A stretch of DNA of 24,000 bases from Cycloclasticus sp. (GTDB lineage: Bacteria; Pseudomonadota; Gammaproteobacteria; Methylococcales; Cycloclasticaceae): contig JBFLJU010000001.1 in NCBI GenBank assembly GCA_040743155.1, positions 1,771,144-1,795,143 on the forward strand. The letters run 5' to 3'. Below, one piece after another: positions 1 through 8,849 of the stretch (position 1 is the first letter of the stretch; every line of letters begins with the position of its first letter). A program made the position numbers and the translations under genes. The notes under the pieces are model-generated. The model did not search any database and was not told the DNA's origin. It saw only the letters and a list, made by a program, of their open reading frames with translations.

Positions 1-282
1 AGAGAGCAAGTAGCCACTGGGATTCAACTACAACAAGCTATGAAAAATGTCGGCTTATTCCCGCACATGGTGGTGCAAATGGTCGCCATTGGTGAAGAAG
101 CAGGCTCTGTTGAAACTATGTTAGGTAAAGTGGCCGATTTTTTCGAAGAAGAAGTCGACAACGCTGTGGATTCGCTCGCCAGTTTAATTGAACCGCTTAT
201 TATGGCGATTTTGGGTGTTTTAGTCGGTGGCTTAATTGTGGCCATGTACTTACCTATCTTTATGCTAGGAACTGTTTTCTAG
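1..282 (+). CDS. pilC: Type IV pilus assembly platform protein PilC (GspF family), C-terminal fragment; the 5' end lies outside the window
   Basis: Frame 1 is open from base 1 (REQVATGIQLQQAMKNVGLFPHMVVQMVAIGEEAGSVETMLGKVADFFEEEVD...LIEPLIMAILGVLVGGLIVAMYLPIFMLGTVF*). This is the conserved C-terminal repeat and last TM helix of GspF/PilC proteins. It sits directly upstream of pilD, as in pilBCD operons. The ATG at 40 in the ORF track is an internal Met. Confidence 0.85.
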   Translation, partial: REQVATGIQLQQAMKNVGLFPHMVVQMVAIGEEAGSVETMLGKVADFFEEEVDNAVDSLASLIEPLIMAILGVLVGGLIVAMYLPIFMLGTVF

Positions 283-309
283 CGAAAATACAAATTCGTT
301 GCTCTACAC

Positions 310-1185
310 ATGAATATTATTCAAGCGCTTGAACAAAGCGCCAGCTTTTTATACCTATCTGTTGGTCTGCTAGGACTTTTGATTGGCAGTTTTCTCAATG
401 TTGTCGCGTACCGCCTCCCCATTATGTTGCAAAAAGGCTGGCGGCAAGAATGCTTAAGCTTTCTGGAGCAAGAAGAGTCTCAGGCTGAATTAACTGAAAC
501 GTTCAATCTATCACAACCTCGTTCACGGTGCCCTTCTTGCAATCATACTATTAGCGCACTCGAAAATATTCCTGTCTTAAGTTATCTATTTTTGAAGGGT
601 AAATGCAAAAACTGTAAAGCAACTATTTCAATTAGGTACCCCGTAGTTGAGTTAATCACTGCTACTTTATCCATTATTGTCGCCATTCAATTCGGCGTAT
701 CACTACAAACGTGCGCTGCTTTAGTTTTTATATGGGTATTAATTTGTTTAACGTTGATAGATTTTGACACCCAACTATTACCCGACTCCATCACCCTTCC
801 ACTGCTTTGGTTTGCCTTATCTATCAGCCTTTTCGGTATTTTTACGTCGCCTCAAACAGCCCTTCTAGGCGCTGTCGCCGGTTACCTTAGCCTTTGGTCG
901 GTGTTTTGGCTTTTTAAGCTAGTCACTGGCAAAGAAGGCATGGGATATGGCGACTTTAAGTTGTTAGCCGCCATTGGTGCTTTTTTGGGCTGGACAATGC
1001 TACCCCTGGTTATCATGTTATCTGCTTTTGTTGGTGCCGTTATTGGCTTAACACTCATCGTCATCAAGGGCCGCGATAAAAACATCCCTATACCGTTTGG
1101 CCCTTACTTATCCGTTGCTGCATTTATTGCTCTTGTTTGGGGTAATCAAATTAATACCGCTTACCTTCAATTTGTTGGCTTATAG
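310..1185 (+). CDS. pilD: Prepilin leader peptidase / N-methyltransferase (A24 family)
   Basis: 291-aa polytopic membrane ORF. It has cytoplasmic Cys pairs CPSC...CKNC and the two catalytic Asp motifs typical of A24 peptidases (LIDFDTQLLPD and GMGYGDFKLLAAIG). It follows pilC. Confidence 0.93.
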   Translation: MNIIQALEQSASFLYLSVGLLGLLIGSFLNVVAYRLPIMLQKGWRQECLSFLEQEESQAELTETFNLSQPRSRCPSCNHTISALENIPVLSYLFLKGKCKNCKATISIRYPVVELITATLSIIVAIQFGVSLQTCAALVFIWVLICLTLIDFDTQLLPDSITLPLLWFALSISLFGIFTSPQTALLGAVAGYLSLWSVFWLFKLVTGKEGMGYGDFKLLAAIGAFLGWTMLPLVIMLSAFVGAVIGLTLIVIKGRDKNIPIPFGPYLSVAAFIALVWGNQINTAYLQFVGL

Positions 1186-1191
1186 AACATT

Positions 1192-1797
1192 ATGCTAACC
1201 ATTGGGTTAACGGGGGGTATTGGCTGTGGCAAAACCACCATCACTCAACTATTTGAAAAAAGAAACGTACCTGTCGTTGATGCTGACGTTATCTCGCACG
1301 CCATCGTACAACCTGGTCAACCGGCACTCCTCATCTTAAAAAAATCATTCGGTGAGCAAATACTATTACCTAACGGCTCACTCAATAGAAATTATCTACG
1401 TGAGTTAGTTTTTAATGATCCGCATAAAAAAGAAACCTTAGAAAATATTTTACACCCGATCATTTACACCACAATGTATCAAGCATTAGAGAAAATTGAT
1501 TACCCATACGGCATTCTCAGTATTCCATTATTATTAGAAACTCAGCATCAAGATAAGGTTGATCGTGTATTAGTGATTGACTGTCCCGAGGCAGTTCAAA
1601 TCGAACGAGTAAAAAAACGTGATAAATTAAATGATGCCATGATCGCCTCAATTATGCACTCTCAGTGTTCTCGCTCAATTCGACTAAGTAATGCCGATGA
1701 TATTCTCGTTAATAATGAGTCGTTAGAAAGCCTAGACGCCAAGGTTCAAAAGCTACATAACTTTTACTTAAAAATGAGCGCTGGAAAAAACAACTAA
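1192..1797 (+). CDS. coaE: Dephospho-CoA kinase
   Basis: 201 aa with the N-terminal P-loop IGLTGGIGCGKTT. Length and the position between pilD and zapD/yacG match CoaE. Confidence 0.93.
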   Translation: MLTIGLTGGIGCGKTTITQLFEKRNVPVVDADVISHAIVQPGQPALLILKKSFGEQILLPNGSLNRNYLRELVFNDPHKKETLENILHPIIYTTMYQALEKIDYPYGILSIPLLLETQHQDKVDRVLVIDCPEAVQIERVKKRDKLNDAMIASIMHSQCSRSIRLSNADDILVNNESLESLDAKVQKLHNFYLKMSAGKNN

Positions 1798-1838
1798 TAT
1801 CCTGCAAAATAGCAACTTTACGGCCTAATTACACTCTT

Positions 1839-2606
1839 GTGTCTGAACAAATAACATACGAACTCCCTCTAAGCGAACGCATCCGTACCTTTCTAAGGTT
1901 AGAGGACTTATTTGAACAAATGCAACACTTCTCACAACACGACGGTGAGTGGCAAAATAGAGCAGAACTCAGTTGTCTTCTCGACATTCTTGCCATCTCA
2001 AGTCGGACCGATTTAAGAAACGAGATCACCAAAGAAATTGAGCGCCATACCAAGTCCCTTATTATTTTCGCCAAAAACCCAAAAGTGGACCGTGAAAAAC
2101 TTGAGCAAAGCATTGATCAACTTAACCGGCTCAACCGACAATTAATATCCAGTAGCGGAAGGATTGATCAGATACTTGGCCAAGTGGACTTACTAAAATG
2201 TTTATCACAACGTAACAGCATCCCTGGCGGTACATGTGACTTTGACCTTCCAGCGTATCATTTTTGGTTAAATAAACCGCTCAGCGAGCGTCGCGAACAA
2301 ATTCATTGTTGGACGAATCACTTAAAGCCTATCCAACAATCAATCTCGTTATTACTACAGTTCATCCGTTTTAGCGCCACACCCACTACAAGAATCGCGC
2401 ACTCAGGCTTCTATCAACAAAGCTTAGATAGCAGTCACCCCGTTCACTTACTGCGTGTTTCCTTAGAACTGAACTCGCTTTACTTTGCTGAAATAAGTGG
2501 CGGAAAACACCGCTTTAGTGTTCGCTTTATGGTTCCACTTGACACTGAAAGGCCAAGTCAAACAAGTGATGACATTAATTTTACGTTAAGTATTTGCCAA
2601 CTCTAA
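1839..2606 (+). CDS. zapD: Cell division protein ZapD (YacF family, FtsZ-associated)
   Basis: 255 aa. The N-terminus [26 protein letters not shown] resembles the E. coli ZapD N-terminus (FEHPLNEKMRTWLRIEFL). The coaE-zapD-yacG order is as in E. coli. The start is GTG at 1839, with no clear Shine-Dalgarno sequence. Confidence 0.85.
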   Translation: MSEQITYELPLSERIRTFLRLEDLFEQMQHFSQHDGEWQNRAELSCLLDILAISSRTDLRNEITKEIERHTKSLIIFAKNPKVDREKLEQSIDQLNRLNRQLISSSGRIDQILGQVDLLKCLSQRNSIPGGTCDFDLPAYHFWLNKPLSERREQIHCWTNHLKPIQQSISLLLQFIRFSATPTTRIAHSGFYQQSLDSSHPVHLLRVSLELNSLYFAEISGGKHRFSVRFMVPLDTERPSQTSDDINFTLSICQL

Positions 2607-2610
2607 GATA

Positions 2611-2799
2611 ATGAAAACAACCGTTAACTGCCCTACCTGCCAGAAAACAGTAGCATGGAGCAAGATCTCAACCTTTAGACCGTTTTGTAGTGAACGCTGC
2701 AAATTAATTGACCTTGGTGAATGGGCTGCAGAAAATCACTCGATTGCCGGAGAAAAAGTTTACCTAGCCGCTGATGACGAACAATCACTAGATTATTAG
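2611..2799 (+). CDS. yacG: DNA gyrase inhibitor YacG (zinc-ribbon protein)
   Basis: 62 aa. CPTCQK...[20 protein letters not shown] matches the four-Cys YacG signature almost residue for residue with E. coli YacG. It starts 4 nt after the zapD stop. Confidence 0.9.
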   Translation: MKTTVNCPTCQKTVAWSKISTFRPFCSERCKLIDLGEWAAENHSIAGEKVYLAADDEQSLDY

Positions 2800-2832
2800 A
2801 GCACTTCTAATCTATAGAGCTACTGCTCCTCT

Positions 2833-3762
2833 TCAAAAACCTCTAATACCCGCCACGCCATGTGCTCCATTGGATTGCGCCTTATCCATATCGTCTGGAC
2901 CGAGCCCTCCTAAGGCGAACACCGGTATTGCAGATGATTCGGCCAAGCCTTTAAACCTCTCCCAACCCAATGGCTGAGCGTCTGGATGAGTTTGTGATTT
3001 ACAAACGGGAGACAATACGGCAAACAATGCACCCAGTTCTTTTGCCAAGCATAATTCTTTTTTATTATGACAAGAGGCGGCAAATATGAGCCCTTTTGGC
3101 AATAAGGACTGATTTTTTATCTTCATCATTTCTTTGACACTCAGATGAACAGCTCTGGCATTAATTTCCAACGCCATAGCGATATCCGTATTAACAAATA
3201 AACGAACTTCATTTTCTTCACACAACTCTATTGCACGTCTTGCTAGCTTTTTAAATCGTTCCTTACTGAATGACTTTACGCGCAATTGAATCATTGTATA
3301 ACCAGCTGCAATCAGCCGCTTTAAGTGCTCTAGCATCAACTGCTCATCGCCAATACATTCATCGACAATTGGATAATACTGGGGCAGCTTTAAAGCGTCA
3401 ATAATAGCGACATTTGCTGCAGGAAATGAATGTTCTTCTAAAGCCGAGATAGCAACCCATTTAATGAGTTGACCTTCCATCCCACAGGCCTCACCTTCAA
3501 ATTTTTCAACGATATGCACATCAAGGTGAACCGACACATCGCTATAACAGTGCTTTATCTCAACAAATGGCGTAGATGCCTGCACGCTTATATTGAGCTC
3601 TTCACGCAGTTCTCTTTCTAACGCCTGAGATGTGTCTTCGCCTTCTTCATGCTTACCGCCTGGAAACTCCCATAGGCCGCCTTGGTGAACATCATTAGCA
3701 CGTTTACTAATAAGCACCTCACCTCGCTTGTTTTTTATAACTCCAACGGCTACCTTCAGCAT
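2833..3762 (-). CDS. mutT: Nudix hydrolase (MutT-type 8-oxo-dGTP diphosphatase) fused to a C-terminal ThiE/TenI-like (thiamine-phosphate synthase fold) domain
   Basis: 309 aa. The N-terminal ~130 aa contain the Nudix box GGKHEEGEDTSQALERELREELNI. The C-terminal ~175 aa have ThiE/TenI-like strand-end motifs (IQLRVKS, AASCHN, LSPVCKSQTHP, VFALGGLGP). The position next to yacG and downstream of secA is the same as E. coli mutT. The two-domain form is the one known from Pseudomonas-type MutT. Confidence 0.8.
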   Translation of the reverse strand: MLKVAVGVIKNKRGEVLISKRANDVHQGGLWEFPGGKHEEGEDTSQALERELREELNISVQASTPFVEIKHCYSDVSVHLDVHIVEKFEGEACGMEGQLIKWVAISALEEHSFPAANVAIIDALKLPQYYPIVDECIGDEQLMLEHLKRLIAAGYTMIQLRVKSFSKERFKKLARRAIELCEENEVRLFVNTDIAMALEINARAVHLSVKEMMKIKNQSLLPKGLIFAASCHNKKELCLAKELGALFAVLSPVCKSQTHPDAQPLGWERFKGLAESSAIPVFALGGLGPDDMDKAQSNGAHGVAGIRGF

Positions 3763-3789
3763 TGTCGATTGATCAGTCTAGAAATTGTT

Positions 3790-5010
3790 TTAAGAACGAT
3801 ACTCGGCGTTGATTTTGACGTAATCGTAAGACAAATCACAGGTCAGCACAGTGGCAGACTGTGTGCCTTGCGCCAAACTAATTCGGACAAGAATTTCTTC
3901 TTTATCCATCACGGCTTGCCCCATCTCTTCGGTATAGCTAGGTGCACGTTTGCCCGCATCAACAATACACGTATCGTCTAGGTGGATAGAAATAGTATCA
4001 ACATTTAGGTGTTCTATATCGGCTCGCCCCACTGCCGCTAAGATTCTTCCCCAGTTTGGGTCAGACGCAAAAAATGCAGTCTTAACCAATGGCGATTGAG
4101 CAACTGTATAAGCGACTTCCTTTGCATCGTCAACACTATCCGCTTGCTCAACTGTTATCTTAATCAACTTAGTAGCGCCTTCTCCATCGCGCACAATCGC
4201 CTCCGCTAAGAAGTAGCATACTTCTTTTAACGCCGATAAAAATTGCGGATACCTTGGGTCTTCAGCTGAATTAATAGGCGTTGTATTCGCACTGGCGGTT
4301 GCCATCAATACAAGCGCGTCGTTTGTTGAAGTGTCGCCATCCACCGAAATGCTATTAAAAGACAGATCAGCCGCCTCGTTCAACATTTGTTGGAGTAGTG
4401 GTTGACTAATAGCCATATCGGTAGCGATATAAGACAGCATGGTCGCCATATTCGGTTCAATCATTCCTGAACCCTTAGCGATACCGGTAATGGTTATTGA
4501 CGCACCGCCAAGCTCTACCGTACGAGAACAGCCCTTTTCACGTGTATCCGTTGTCATAATGGCTGTAGCCGCTTTTGACCAGTTACCTATACTAAGCGTG
4601 TCTACCGCAGCTTGTAAGCCACTCACTAGTTTATCAACCGGCAATGGCTCACCAATCACCCCCGTTGAAAACGGCAATATTTGGGCGTTATGAGAGGAAA
4701 CTCTATCTGCCAGTTCAATGCAGCACGTTTGCGCTGCCTGTAACCCCGGCTCACCTAAGCCTGCATTTGCATTGCCAGAGTTGATCAATAGATAACGCGG
4801 AGAGCCTTCAGCTAAATGCTTTTTTGCCAACAAGACCGGCGCTGCGCAAAACTTATTGTTTGTAAAAACAGCCGCCACTTGCGTGCCCTGAGCTAACTCA
4901 AAAATGGTTAGGTCATCACGTTCTGTTTGTGAAATACCGGCTGATGCAGTGCCGATGCGAATACCCGACACCGCTTTTAAATTTAATGCAACATTACCAC
5001 CAACCGGCAT
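3790..5010 (-). CDS. argJ: Bifunctional glutamate N-acetyltransferase / amino-acid acetyltransferase (ornithine acetyltransferase)
   Basis: 406 aa. ArgJ hallmarks are present: MTTDT, KGSGMIEPNMATMLSYIATD (autoprocessing A|TML site) and DGDTSTNDA. An AGGAG Shine-Dalgarno sequence lies about 5 nt upstream of ATG 5010. Confidence 0.93.
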   Translation of the reverse strand: MPVGGNVALNLKAVSGIRIGTASAGISQTERDDLTIFELAQGTQVAAVFTNNKFCAAPVLLAKKHLAEGSPRYLLINSGNANAGLGEPGLQAAQTCCIELADRVSSHNAQILPFSTGVIGEPLPVDKLVSGLQAAVDTLSIGNWSKAATAIMTTDTREKGCSRTVELGGASITITGIAKGSGMIEPNMATMLSYIATDMAISQPLLQQMLNEAADLSFNSISVDGDTSTNDALVLMATASANTTPINSAEDPRYPQFLSALKEVCYFLAEAIVRDGEGATKLIKITVEQADSVDDAKEVAYTVAQSPLVKTAFFASDPNWGRILAAVGRADIEHLNVDTISIHLDDTCIVDAGKRAPSYTEEMGQAVMDKEEILVRISLAQGTQSATVLTCDLSYDYVKINAEYRS

Positions 5011-5074
5011 ATGCTAACTCCTAACAGTCTTTTATACCCAAAGGGCGTTATCTTCATTGTCACAGGTTCCATCA

Positions 5075-5098
5075 AAACGGGAGGTAGAATCCCTGTTT
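5075..5098 (-). terminator. Weak candidate intrinsic terminator or attenuator after secA
   Basis: The minus-strand RNA is AAACAGGGA-UUCUACC-UCCCGUUUU-GAU, starting 10 nt after the secA stop. The stem has 8 pairs with one bulged nucleotide, and the U-run is partly used by the stem. It is weak, so read-through into argJ-mutT is likely. Confidence 0.25.
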
Positions 5099-5107
5099 AA
5101 TTCAAGC

Positions 5108-7765
5108 TTATAGCTTGCCGTGACACTGCTTAAATTTCTTACCTGAACCACATGGACACGGTTCATTGCGGCCAACTTTTTTATCTGTGCGTTGAAACGG
5201 CTGACCTTTTTCAGCGGCCTCCGCCTCAGATTCACCCTCAAGCGCATTGACATCTGCGTGTTTAAATTCCATTTTTTGCTGAATACGGCGTTGCTGCTCA
5301 ACAGCTTGAACATCCTCTTCAGCTCGAACTTGCACTTTAGTTACCAACATAACCACTTCACGTTTTAATGTGTCTAGCATGGCCGTAAACAACTCAAAAG
5401 CTTCACGTTTATATTCTTGCTTAGGGTCTTTTTGCGCATAGCCCCGAAGATGAATCCCTTGTCTCAAATGATCCATTGCACCTAGGTGCTCTCTCCACAT
5501 TGAATCAAGCGTTTGTAACATAACGGATTTTTCAAAATGTCTAAGCACTTCAGCGCCAGCTAAGATCTCTTTTTTCGCATAATCTTCATTAATGGACTTT
5601 GATATTAATTCACGCAAACTTTCTTCGTGCAAACTCTCATCTTCATCCAACTGTTCTTTAATATTAAGTTTGCAGTAAAACTCATCTTCAAGTGCCGTTT
5701 GCAAACCAGTTAAGTCCCATTGTTCTTCCACTGACTGCAACGGAATATACTGATCGATTAAATCAGTAACAACATCGTCACGAATTGACACAATCGTGTC
5801 GGCAATATTAGACGCTTCCATAATTTCGTTGCGCTGCTCATAGATCACTTTACGCTGATCATTTGCAACATCGTCGTATTGAAGCAACTGCTTACGAATA
5901 TCGAAGTTATGCCCTTCTACTTTTCTTTGTGCATTCTCAATCGCCTTGCTGACCCAAGGGTGTTCGATAGACTCACCCTTTTCTAAACCGAGTTTCTGCA
6001 TTAAACCTGACACACGCTCAGAGGCAAAAATCCGCATCAAACTATCTTCTAACGATAGATAAAAACGACTGGCACCAGGATCGCCTTGACGTCCTGAACG
6101 ACCTCTGAGCTGGTTATCGATACGGCGTGATTCGTGGCGCTCTGTACCAATAACACGTAGGCCGCCAACATCTAATACAGCCTGATGCTTGTCTTCCCAA
6201 TCGGCCGATGCCTCACTTTCATCTTTCTTACCACCTAACACGATATCCGTGCCACGACCCGCCATATTAGTTGCAATGGTGACAGAGCCTAAAGCACCGG
6301 CATTCGCAATAATTTGAGCCTCACGCTCATGCTGTTTAGCATTCAACACTTCGTGAGGTACTTTCTTTTTATTCAAACTCGATGAGAGATGCTCCGACAC
6401 TTCAATCGACGTTGTACCGACCAAAACAGGCTGCTTACGTTTAAAACAGTCTTCGATATCATCAATAACGGCTTCGTACTTTTCTTCTGCCGTTAAATAC
6501 ACAAGGTCGCCAGCATCGTCTCGCGCCATATCACGATGGGTTGGAATGACAATAACTTCTAAGCCATAAATTTGTTGAAATTCGAACGCTTCGGTATCGG
6601 CTGTACCGGTCATCCCCGATAGTTTGTTATACATTCTAAAAAAGTTCTGGAATGTAATGGACGCCATCGTTTGGTTTTCACTTTGGATCTTTACATTTTC
6701 TTTCGCTTCGACCGCTTGGTGCAGGCCTTCACCCCAACGTCTGCCAGGCATCGTTCGCCCTGTAAACTCATCAACAATAACCACTTGTCCGTTTTGGATA
6801 ATGTAATCAACGTCTTTTTGATACAAGGAACTCGCACGTAATGCAGCATAAACATGGTGCATCAATCCAATGTTAGAGGCATCGTATAAGCTCTCGTGCT
6901 CACTTAATAGACCACTATTAGTGAGCAATTCTTCGATTTTTTCATGCCCTAGCTCTGTTAAAAAGGCTTGCTTTGACTTCTCATCGACCGTGTACTCACC
7001 ACCCTCTTGCCCTTCAACTTCCTGTGTTAAATCTTTAACTAAGTCATTAAGCTTTATGTATAACTCGCTTTTATCGTCTGTCGGCCCTGAAATAATGAGC
7101 GGCGTTCTGGCCTCATCAATAAGAATCGAATCAACCTCATCCACAATCGCGTAATTGAGTTCGCGCTGAACTTTATCTTCAACGCCAAACGCCATATTGT
7201 CACGAAGGTAGTCGAAGCCGAACTCGTTATTCGTGCCGTAAGTAATATCTGCGGCGTAGGCCTCACGACGTTGCTCGGGGCTCATTACATTAACAATCAC
7301 ACCCGTTGTCATGCCTAAGAATTCAAATAACTGGCCCATCCATTCTGAGTCACGCTCAGCCAAGTAATCATTCACTGTCACCATGTGAACGCCTTTTCCT
7401 GGCAGCGCATTTAAATAGGCCGATAGCGTTGCAACTAAGGTTTTCCCTTCACCCGTTTTCATCTCGGCGATGCGCCCATCGTTTAGCACCATGCCGCCAA
7501 TCAATTGGACATCAAAGTGACGCATGCCTAACGAACGTATGCCGGCTTCTCTTACTACCGCAAATGCTTCTGTTATTAACGATTCAAGTGTTTCACCGTT
7601 TGTAAGCCGACCTCTAAACTCTTCTGTCTTGGCTTTTAACGCGTCATCATCTAGTGCCTTAATTGACTCTTCGATTTCGTTAATTTTTTTAACAGTTTTT
7701 TGCTTTGTTTTGACAAATCGGTCATTTCGACTGCCAAAAACTTTCTTTACGATATTTGAGATCAT
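5108..7765 (-). CDS. secA: Preprotein translocase ATPase SecA
   Basis: 885 aa. Evidence is the N-terminus [16 protein letters not shown], Walker [10 protein letters not shown], the DEVD box ([20 protein letters not shown]) and the C-terminal zinc-binding tail [16 protein letters not shown]. Confidence 0.97.
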   Translation of the reverse strand: MISNIVKKVFGSRNDRFVKTKQKTVKKINEIEESIKALDDDALKAKTEEFRGRLTNGETLESLITEAFAVVREAGIRSLGMRHFDVQLIGGMVLNDGRIAEMKTGEGKTLVATLSAYLNALPGKGVHMVTVNDYLAERDSEWMGQLFEFLGMTTGVIVNVMSPEQRREAYAADITYGTNNEFGFDYLRDNMAFGVEDKVQRELNYAIVDEVDSILIDEARTPLIISGPTDDKSELYIKLNDLVKDLTQEVEGQEGGEYTVDEKSKQAFLTELGHEKIEELLTNSGLLSEHESLYDASNIGLMHHVYAALRASSLYQKDVDYIIQNGQVVIVDEFTGRTMPGRRWGEGLHQAVEAKENVKIQSENQTMASITFQNFFRMYNKLSGMTGTADTEAFEFQQIYGLEVIVIPTHRDMARDDAGDLVYLTAEEKYEAVIDDIEDCFKRKQPVLVGTTSIEVSEHLSSSLNKKKVPHEVLNAKQHEREAQIIANAGALGSVTIATNMAGRGTDIVLGGKKDESEASADWEDKHQAVLDVGGLRVIGTERHESRRIDNQLRGRSGRQGDPGASRFYLSLEDSLMRIFASERVSGLMQKLGLEKGESIEHPWVSKAIENAQRKVEGHNFDIRKQLLQYDDVANDQRKVIYEQRNEIMEASNIADTIVSIRDDVVTDLIDQYIPLQSVEEQWDLTGLQTALEDEFYCKLNIKEQLDEDESLHEESLRELISKSINEDYAKKEILAGAEVLRHFEKSVMLQTLDSMWREHLGAMDHLRQGIHLRGYAQKDPKQEYKREAFELFTAMLDTLKREVVMLVTKVQVRAEEDVQAVEQQRRIQQKMEFKHADVNALEGESEAEAAEKGQPFQRTDKKVGRNEPCPCGSGKKFKQCHGKL

Positions 7766-7856
7766 TGCAGATAAATTTTAGTGTAAAACGAAAGCGCAAA
7801 TGATACCGCATATAACCCTAGTAAGCGTGATTTTTACACCCTTAGGAGTTTGATGC

Positions 7857-7878
7857 ATTGCGATAGATCAATCGCAAT
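7857..7878. promoter_or_regulatory. Perfect palindrome ATTGCGAT-N6-ATCGCAAT between the M23 peptidase stop and the secA start (candidate operator or RNA hairpin)
   Basis: Read directly: attgcgat agatca atcgcaat. The 8-bp arms are exact reverse complements. It lies 33 nt downstream of the M23 stop and about 92 nt upstream of the secA ATG. No U-tract follows on the minus strand. Confidence 0.3.
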
Positions 7879-7910
7879 AAGGAATTAGTTAGGACGGTTG
7901 ATGTATTGGC

Positions 7911-8822
7911 TTATCGAGAGCTGTATAGGTACTTACGGGGGTTTACTTTCTTACCGTGACGTAAGACTTCAAAGTGCACATGAGGCCCTGTTGAACGACC
8001 TGTTGACCCCATTTTGGCGATCACATCATTTTGCTTAACGAGGTCGCCGGTTTTAACAACGATTTCTTTATTGTGCCCATAACGTGTGACATAACCTGAG
8101 CCGTGGTCAACCTCCACTAGATTACCATAGCCGCCACTCTTCCCAGCCCACGTCACCATGCCTGACGCTGCTGCCAATACGTTGGTACCATCTTTACCCG
8201 CAATATCAACGCCATGGTGGAACTTCCTCTTACCGCTAAAAGGATCGGCTCGGTAACCGTAATACGACGATAGCCAACCTTTCTGAACCGGTAACCCAGC
8301 AGGACGCACTTCTTTTGAAAGTCGTTTATTAGCCGAAAAGGTACCGAGTAATTTCAATTGTTTCTCACGCAATGAGAACTGATCATCAAGCACTTGAATA
8401 TCATGCAATAGCTGACTTTCTGTAAAACTCTCTAATGAACCCTCAACCTCAGCACTGCCTATTGCAGGTAACTCATCAAAGTTAAACTCTGGAGAATTAA
8501 GTTTTGCTTTTTTGGCCAAATGTTCACCCACTGCATTCAGTCTAGTGAGCTGAGCTTGCATTTGCCCAACACGTAATGCAATGCTGTCTAGGGTGTTTCT
8601 AGTTTTTTCGCGTATCCGCTCAAGTTCAGCACGCTGAGCCAGTAATTCTTGATTCACGCTGTTTGATTGGCTTGCCAATACCGACTCATCGGTATTGGGG
8701 AGAAATAAATACCCTGCTAAAGACAACGTAAAGCCACCGATTAAAACGGCTATTGCCTTTTTTTGGCGGTCTGAAAAACTGATCGTTTTCTTTTTGCCTT
8801 TTGTTAACAGTATAATTTGCAT
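7911..8822 (-). CDS. Membrane-anchored coiled-coil M23 (LytM-domain) metallopeptidase
   Basis: The N-terminal TM segment is AIAVLIGGFTLSLAGYLFL. A heptad-rich segment follows (QELLAQRAELERIREKTRNTLDSIALRVGQMQAQLTRLN). The C-terminal LytM domain has intact metal and catalytic motifs HHGVD (HxxxD), YGHN and GPHVHFEV (HxH). I prefer ATG at 8822 (MQIILLTKGKKK...). The ORF-track start at 8861 is a TTG and would add 13 aa. Confidence 0.8.
   Translation of the reverse strand: MQIILLTKGKKKTISFSDRQKKAIAVLIGGFTLSLAGYLFLPNTDESVLASQSNSVNQELLAQRAELERIREKTRNTLDSIALRVGQMQAQLTRLNAVGEHLAKKAKLNSPEFNFDELPAIGSAEVEGSLESFTESQLLHDIQVLDDQFSLREKQLKLLGTFSANKRLSKEVRPAGLPVQKGWLSSYYGYRADPFSGKRKFHHGVDIAGKDGTNVLAAASGMVTWAGKSGGYGNLVEVDHGSGYVTRYGHNKEIVVKTGDLVKQNDVIAKMGSTGRSTGPHVHFEVLRHGKKVNPRKYLYSSR
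8811..8816 (+). promoter_or_regulatory. Candidate -10 box (perfect TATAAT) for the DUF721 gene, embedded in the first codons of the divergent M23 gene
   Basis: The plus strand reads cagTATAATttgcat at 8811-8816, 34 nt upstream of ATG 8850. Only a poor -35 (ttcttt) sits at 17-bp spacing. This is a sequence-only guess. Confidence 0.25.
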
Positions 8823-8849
8823 ATTCTTCTTTTTAAGCTTAATAACGTT

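Noticed and set aside
2794-2848. An 8-bp inverted repeat TATTAGAG ... CTCTAATA bracketing the convergent yacG and mutT stop codons, with a nested GAGCA/TGCTC repeat. I considered it as a possible bidirectional terminator.
   Set aside because: The arms are AT-rich and separated by 39 nt, and the inner stems are only 4-5 bp and mutually exclusive. No U-tract lies on either side. I cannot support a terminator call from sequence.
3682-3981. A 99-aa plus-strand ORF bridging the mutT start and the argJ end.
   Set aside because: It is antisense to two well-supported genes and has no motif or ribosome-binding site. It is a shadow ORF.
5032-5313. A 93-aa minus-strand ORF spanning the secA 3' end and the secA-argJ spacer.
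   Set aside because: About 200 nt of it overlap the SecA C-terminal coding region, including the zinc-finger tail, in a different frame. It is basic and low-complexity, with no Shine-Dalgarno sequence. It is most likely spurious.
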